A stretch of 64,000 nt of DNA, from NCBI GenBank assembly GCA_017962605.1, contig JAGCUY010000038.1:350-64349 (forward strand), read 5' to 3'. A program made the translations under genes and the position numbers. The notes below the pieces were generated by a model. That model saw only the letters and a program-made list of their open reading frames with translations, was not told the DNA's origin and searched no databases. Source of the stretch: Kiritimatiellia bacterium. Lineage in GTDB: Bacteria; Verrucomicrobiota; Kiritimatiellia; RFP12; JAAYLN01. Of the stretch, positions 59,550 through 64,000 are shown piece after piece (position 1 is the first letter of the stretch; each line of letters starts with the position of its first letter).

Positions 59550-60509
59550 TTAAAATTCGAACATCGCAGAAATCATCATGTGGTCGCTCGTCCAACTCTT
59601 GGGCGAAACGGCCGGGGAGTGGAACTCCGCCTTGCCCTTGGCGAACATGTAGTCGAAGCATGTCGCCGGATACCACTTCGATTCGGGCATGGTATTGCGG
59701 TCAAGCACGCCGTCGAAGCAGTCCCGGAAGCCGGCCTCCAGCATCGTGGGGACCGTTGCCTCGCCGTCGCATTGCTTGTCGAAGATGCTCGTGTTGAAGT
59801 CGCCGGCCACGATGACCTCCTCAACGCGGCGGCCGCCGTAGCTGCGCTTCTCCAGTTCGCGGGCGAAGTCGGCCAGCTCGCGCGCCGAGACCTCGCGCAT
59901 CTTGCGGTTCTGCGCTGGCTGCGCGTCGGCGTCCGGCGCGTCCTTGGGGATGTAGTTGCTCTTCAGGTGGACTCCCACCACGGCGCAGAGCGTGCCGCCG
60001 AAGTCATAGACGGCCCAAACATAGCCGCGCGGGGGATAAACGCCCGCCCTGCCCTTCCAGCGGCGCCAGCCGGAGTCGATGGGGGTGAAGCGGGAGACGA
60101 TGGCGTTCTGGTGCGGCGGCACGGACGCGTCTGGCGCGGACACGAACTCCGTAACCGCATCCACGCTCCAACCCTTGAGCGCCTCGTTGGTGCAGAGCAT
60201 CATGCAGGTCGCGCCGTCGCGGACCTCTTCCAGCAAGAGGACATCCGGCTTCTGCCAGGCGATGAAACGCGCTGCGGAACCGATGCGCTTGAATTCCTGC
60301 TGCGGCTTGCGATCCTCGGGCTTTAGAATGGGATAGCCAGAGGGAAACCACTTCATGTTCCATGCGGCGATGCGCACGGAACTCGGCCCCGCCGGGACAT
60401 CGGAGGCGACGGGACGGCTTCCGCCGAACTGGCATCCGGAGAAGAGGCCAACCAGCGCCACTGCCACCGCCGCGAGGGCTGCTTTTAGAATAGGTTTCCT
60501 CATTTGCAT
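59550..60509 (-). CDS. Endonuclease/exonuclease/phosphatase (EEP) family lipoprotein
   Basis: The lipobox is LVGLFSGC. It has IAAWNMKW..., LLLEEV... and the C-terminal SDHMMISAMFEF typical of the EEP fold. Confidence 0.82.
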   Translation of the reverse strand: MQMRKPILKAALAAVAVALVGLFSGCQFGGSRPVASDVPAGPSSVRIAAWNMKWFPSGYPILKPEDRKPQQEFKRIGSAARFIAWQKPDVLLLEEVRDGATCMMLCTNEALKGWSVDAVTEFVSAPDASVPPHQNAIVSRFTPIDSGWRRWKGRAGVYPPRGYVWAVYDFGGTLCAVVGVHLKSNYIPKDAPDADAQPAQNRKMREVSARELADFARELEKRSYGGRRVEEVIVAGDFNTSIFDKQCDGEATVPTMLEAGFRDCFDGVLDRNTMPESKWYPATCFDYMFAKGKAEFHSPAVSPKSWTSDHMMISAMFEF

Positions 60510-60549
60510 GGTGCGTTTATAATATCATAATCTGCGCGCGAACTCAATG

Positions 60550-60584
60550 CCCCGCCGCCGCTCCGAAACGGAGCGGCGGCGGGG
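60550..60584 (-). terminator. GC-rich hairpin terminator after the glutamine synthetase gene
   Basis: A perfect 16-bp stem CCCCGCCGCCGCTCCG / CGGAGCGGCGGCGGGG lies 36 nt past the stop at 60620. There is no clear U-tract. Confidence 0.5.
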
Positions 60585-60619
60585 CGTTTACCTGGGCATT
60601 GCCCTATCTGCCATGGAAT

Positions 60620-62743
60620 CTAGTAGAGGAAGAGCATGTCGCGGTATTTCGGCAACGGCCAGCGGGCTGCCGAGACGCGCCGCTCAAGCGAATCGACTGC
60701 CGTGCGGAGCGCCTGCATGGAGGAAAGGATGTCGGCCTCTGCGGCCGGCGTCACTCCGCCAAGGGCCTCGTCGAGTTTGGCGATCCCCGCCTTGAGGGCG
60801 TCCATCCCGCTTCCGAGTTCCACCAGGCTGTCGTGGAGCGCGGTGGTTCCGCAGGAGACTCCGACCTGTGTGGCGATTTCGTAGGCCTTCGCCGTTTCGA
60901 GGTATTCGGCCTTGGCCGCCGGCAGCACCATTTCTGAGGCGATGTCGCGGGCGCAGGCACCCTCAATCCGCACCTTCTTCGAGTATTCCTCAAGGAAGAT
61001 TTCATGGCGGCTTTCGAGTTCGCGCTTGGTCATCACGCCGTATTTCTCAAAGAGGGCGTAGTTCTCCTTCTTGGCGAGGGCCTTGAGGGCAGACGGCGTG
61101 TCAGGCGCATTCGGGAGACCGCGCTTCTTCGCCTCGTCCATCCACTCGGCCTCGTAGCCGTTGCCGTTGAAGACGACGCGCTTGTGCTCCTTGAGCGAGG
61201 TCTGCAGGATCTTCTGGAGTGCGTTGTGGAAGGCGGCGGTATGCTCGCCCGGCTTCGCCTTTCCGGCGACCTTGGCCTTCTCCAGTTCGCCGGCAATGCG
61301 GTCAACGGCCTCGGCGACGATGGTGTTGAGGACGGTCATCGGCCCTGAGCAGCAGACGCTCGACCCCGGTGCGCGGAACTCGAACTTGTTGCCCGTGAAG
61401 GCGAACGGCGAGGTGCGGTTGCGGTCGGTCGCGTCCTTCGGGATCTGCGGCAAGGTGTCCACGCCGATCTTCATCGGTTCGCCGGCGGCCTTGGACTTCT
61501 TGTCCTCGGCCTTCTTCGGCTCGGCCAGCCTGTCGAGGACCTCGGCGAGCTGGTCGCCAACATAGAGGGATATGACTGCCGGCGGCGCCTCGTTTGCGCC
61601 AAGGCGGTGGTCGTTGCCGGCGCCGGCGACCGATGCGCGCAGCAGGTCGGCATGCTTGTCCACGGCCTCGATGATGGCGCAGAGCATCGTGAGGAACACC
61701 GCGTTCTCATGCGGATTGCTTCCCGGGTCGAGGAGGTTCTTGCCGCCGTAGCTGACCGACCAGTTGTTGTGCTTGCCGGAGCCGTTCACGCCGGCGTAGG
61801 GCTTCTCGTGGAGCAGGCACTTCAGGCCGTGCTTCTCCGCGACGTTCCGCAGGGTGTCCATCACGATCATGTTGTGGTCGCTGGCGAGGTTCAGCTCCTC
61901 GAACTGCGGGGCAAGCTCGAACTGCGCCGGCGCGACCTCGTTGTGGCGCGTCTTGGCCGGGATGCCGAGTCTCCACAGTTCGCGCTCCACGTCGTTCATG
62001 AAGGAAAGGATGCGGTCGGGTATGGTGCCGAAGTAGTGGTCCTCAAGCTGCTGTCCCTTCGCCGACGGTGCGCCGAAGAGCGTCCGCCCGGTAAGGACGA
62101 GATCAGGGCGCTTCTTCCAGTATTCCTTGTCGATCAGGAAGTATTCCTGCTCCGCGCCGAGTGTGCATGCGGAGTGGGCCTCGTCGCGGCCGAAGAGCCC
62201 CATCAGGCGCTTCAGCGACTTGTCGAGGGCCTGCATGGAGCGCAGGAGCGGCGTCTTCTTGTCAAGCGACTCGCCCGTGTAGGCGCAGAAGGCCGTGGGG
62301 ATGCAGAGGGTCGCGCCGTTGGAGTGGCGTTTGATGAAGGCGGGGCTGGTCGGATCCCAGGCGGTGTAGCCACGCGCCTCGAATGTCGAGCGGATGCCGC
62401 CCGATGGGAAGGACGACGCATCCGGCTCGCCCACGATGAGGTTCTTGCCGGAGAACTGCATGATTGGCTCGCCGTCCTTGAGTTCGAGGAAGGAGTCGTG
62501 CTTCTCGGCGGTGGAGCCAGTCATGGGGAGGAACCAGTGGGTGTAGTGGGTTGCGCCCCTGTCCATCGCCCAGTGGCGAATGCCGTGGGCGACCTCGCCC
62601 GCAATGGAGGGATCTAGCGGCTTGCCCTCGCGGATCGTGGCCTGGAGCTTTTTGGCCGTGTCCTTGCTCAAGTATGTTTTAATGGCATCTTCGCCGAAAA
62701 CGTCGGCTCCGAAGTCAGTTGCCGCCTTTGTTTCTTCCGTCAT
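60620..62743 (-). CDS. glnN: Glutamine synthetase type III
   Basis: 707 aa. The N-terminal ...GIRHWAMDRGATHYTHWFLPMTGSTAEKHDSFL... and the overall length and layout match GSIII. Confidence 0.93.
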   Translation of the reverse strand: MTEETKAATDFGADVFGEDAIKTYLSKDTAKKLQATIREGKPLDPSIAGEVAHGIRHWAMDRGATHYTHWFLPMTGSTAEKHDSFLELKDGEPIMQFSGKNLIVGEPDASSFPSGGIRSTFEARGYTAWDPTSPAFIKRHSNGATLCIPTAFCAYTGESLDKKTPLLRSMQALDKSLKRLMGLFGRDEAHSACTLGAEQEYFLIDKEYWKKRPDLVLTGRTLFGAPSAKGQQLEDHYFGTIPDRILSFMNDVERELWRLGIPAKTRHNEVAPAQFELAPQFEELNLASDHNMIVMDTLRNVAEKHGLKCLLHEKPYAGVNGSGKHNNWSVSYGGKNLLDPGSNPHENAVFLTMLCAIIEAVDKHADLLRASVAGAGNDHRLGANEAPPAVISLYVGDQLAEVLDRLAEPKKAEDKKSKAAGEPMKIGVDTLPQIPKDATDRNRTSPFAFTGNKFEFRAPGSSVCCSGPMTVLNTIVAEAVDRIAGELEKAKVAGKAKPGEHTAAFHNALQKILQTSLKEHKRVVFNGNGYEAEWMDEAKKRGLPNAPDTPSALKALAKKENYALFEKYGVMTKRELESRHEIFLEEYSKKVRIEGACARDIASEMVLPAAKAEYLETAKAYEIATQVGVSCGTTALHDSLVELGSGMDALKAGIAKLDEALGGVTPAAEADILSSMQALRTAVDSLERRVSAARWPLPKYRDMLFLY

Positions 62744-62995
62744 TTTCTTGGTTCCTTAGTAATGGAGAGTGGGGGTCGGTCGTCATTGGCCGCCGGAATC
62801 CACACATAATGTAAAGCACGACCCGTGCCAAAGTATTTCGAGGGCGAAAACGGGCCTTGATATTACATCCAGTGTAAAGCCGACGCCAAGCCGCTGCAAA
62901 AAAATGGAGGGGCAGCAAGTCTGGAAATTATGGCTGGAAGCGAGTATCATAATTATGCTTGTTTTTACTGATACCAACTAAGGTTCCCAAAACTT

Positions 62996-64000
62996 ATGAA
63001 CGCTATCCCCAGACCCGAACATCCGCGCCCCCAGTTCAAGCGCGACACCTGGATCAACCTCAACGGCGAATGGTCTTTTGACTTCGACTTCGGCGGCAGC
63101 GGCCGCGACAAGGGCCGCGAGCTCTTCCTCTCAAAGGGCTTCGACAAGAAGATCACCGTTCCCTTCTGCCCCGAAAGCCCGCTCTCCGGCGTCAACTACA
63201 AGGACTTCATCTCCGACATGTGGTATCACCGCAAGGTGGCCATTCCCGCCGCATGGGACGGGATGCGCGTCATCCTCCACTTCGGCGGCGTCGATTACGA
63301 GTGCGAGGCATACATCGACGGCGTGAGCGTCGCCAACCCGCATTTCGGCGGCTCCGCCTCCTTTGAGTTCGACATCACGCCATTCGTGCGCGCCGGCGCC
63401 GAGCACGACCTCGTGGTGCGCGTCCACGACGACCCCCGCCACTCAGGCCAGCCGCGCGGCAAGCAGTGCGACCAGTTCAAGTCGCATGGATGCTCCTACA
63501 CCCGCACCACCGGCATCTGGCAGACGGTCTGGCTAGAGGCCGCGCCAATGCTAGGGCTGAAGTCATGCCAGATCATCCCGGACTTCGACGGCTCCCGCTT
63601 CATCGTCACGCCCAAGTTCTTCGCGATGGAGCACCAGTTCCGCTTCCGCGCCACGCTGCTTGACGGCGACCGCGCCGTGGTGGTGGCCGATGCGCCGGCG
63701 CTGGACGGCGTTCCCGCGATTCTCGAGGTGAAGGAGCCGAAGCCGTGGTCGCCGGAGTCGCCATTCCTCTACGGCCTGCGCCTTGAAACAGTGGCGCCGG
63801 GTGGCGGCATCGAGGACTCCGTCAGCTCCTACGCCGGTCTGCGCAAGATCCACATAGAAGGCAACCGCTTCTTCCTCAACAACAAGCCGCTTTATTTCCG
63901 CCTGGTCCTCGACCAGGGCTTCTACCCCGATGGAATCTGGACAGCGCCGACCGACGAGGCCCTGCGCCGCGACATCGAGCTTTCCATGGCGGCCGGCTTC
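62996..64000 (+). CDS. Glycoside hydrolase family 2 protein (beta-galactosidase/glucuronidase-like), N-terminal part; 3' end lies outside the window
   Basis: The frame is open from ATG 62996 to the window end. MNAIPRPEHPRPQFKRDTWINLNGEWSFDFD... and ...VILHFGGVDYECEAYIDGVSV... are typical of the GH2 sugar-binding domain. Confidence 0.85.
   Translation, partial: MNAIPRPEHPRPQFKRDTWINLNGEWSFDFDFGGSGRDKGRELFLSKGFDKKITVPFCPESPLSGVNYKDFISDMWYHRKVAIPAAWDGMRVILHFGGVDYECEAYIDGVSVANPHFGGSASFEFDITPFVRAGAEHDLVVRVHDDPRHSGQPRGKQCDQFKSHGCSYTRTTGIWQTVWLEAAPMLGLKSCQIIPDFDGSRFIVTPKFFAMEHQFRFRATLLDGDRAVVVADAPALDGVPAILEVKEPKPWSPESPFLYGLRLETVAPGGGIEDSVSSYAGLRKIHIEGNRFFLNNKPLYFRLVLDQGFYPDGIWTAPTDEALRRDIELSMAAGF

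Noticed and set aside
56467-60509. asnB-type amidotransferase + epimerase + EEP lipoprotein, considered as an exosortase-style (PEP-CTERM-associated) polysaccharide module that might connect to the C-terminal tails.
   Set aside because: No exosortase, glycosyltransferase or polysaccharide export genes are adjacent. The run continues directly into cysS-tmk-holB, so ordinary housekeeping or cell-envelope roles are equally likely.
62744-62995. A glutamine riboswitch or small ORFs (62715-62918, 62769-62981, 62783-62977) in the glnN/GH2 intergenic region.
   Set aside because: I could not recognise the glnA RNA motif by eye. The ORFs overlap each other on both strands, lack RBSs and have no family resemblance.

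Overview
This is 64 kb of a GC-rich bacterial chromosome, almost fully coding and mostly on the minus strand. Housekeeping genes recognised with high confidence are ssrA (tmRNA), mfd, secA, purM, aconitase, nfo, ribE, cysS, tmk, holB, an AsnB-type amidotransferase, type III glutamine synthetase and a XerC/D recombinase. Accessory, glycan-oriented genes are interleaved with them. These include four very large Sec-secreted LamG / beta-helix proteins, three tandem paralogues of a TIM-barrel glycosidase-like protein, a DUF4838 protein and an FAD-dependent oxidoreductase. There are also a partial GH2, a tannase-like esterase, two XylR-like (sugar-binding + AraC) regulators and one GntR + sugar-binding regulator. 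Other modules are vapBC next to ssrA and a STAS / periplasmic-binding-protein / PP2C-plus-kinase partner-switching operon. Two visibly lower-GC insertions each carry an AAA ATPase-wHTH-PD-(D/E)xK (DUF234-type) gene behind tandem hairpin repeats. The gene content suggests a PVC-group glycan degrader, but that is inference only and no search was run. Four signals stand out. (1) All four giant secreted proteins end in the same short hydrophobic tail (P-F-T-hydrophobic-R-stop), a candidate undescribed sorting tag. (2) Degenerate heptanucleotide (period-7) tandem arrays of several word classes fill intergenic spacers and enter a few CDSs. (3) The two ATPase-nuclease genes have promoter-overlapping or promoter-adjacent hairpin repeats. 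(4) The partner-switching module carries phosphatase and kinase on one sensor protein and is translationally coupled to a solute-binding protein. All coordinates and motifs were derived by hand from the sequence and the ORF track. Family names come from memory, not from database searches.
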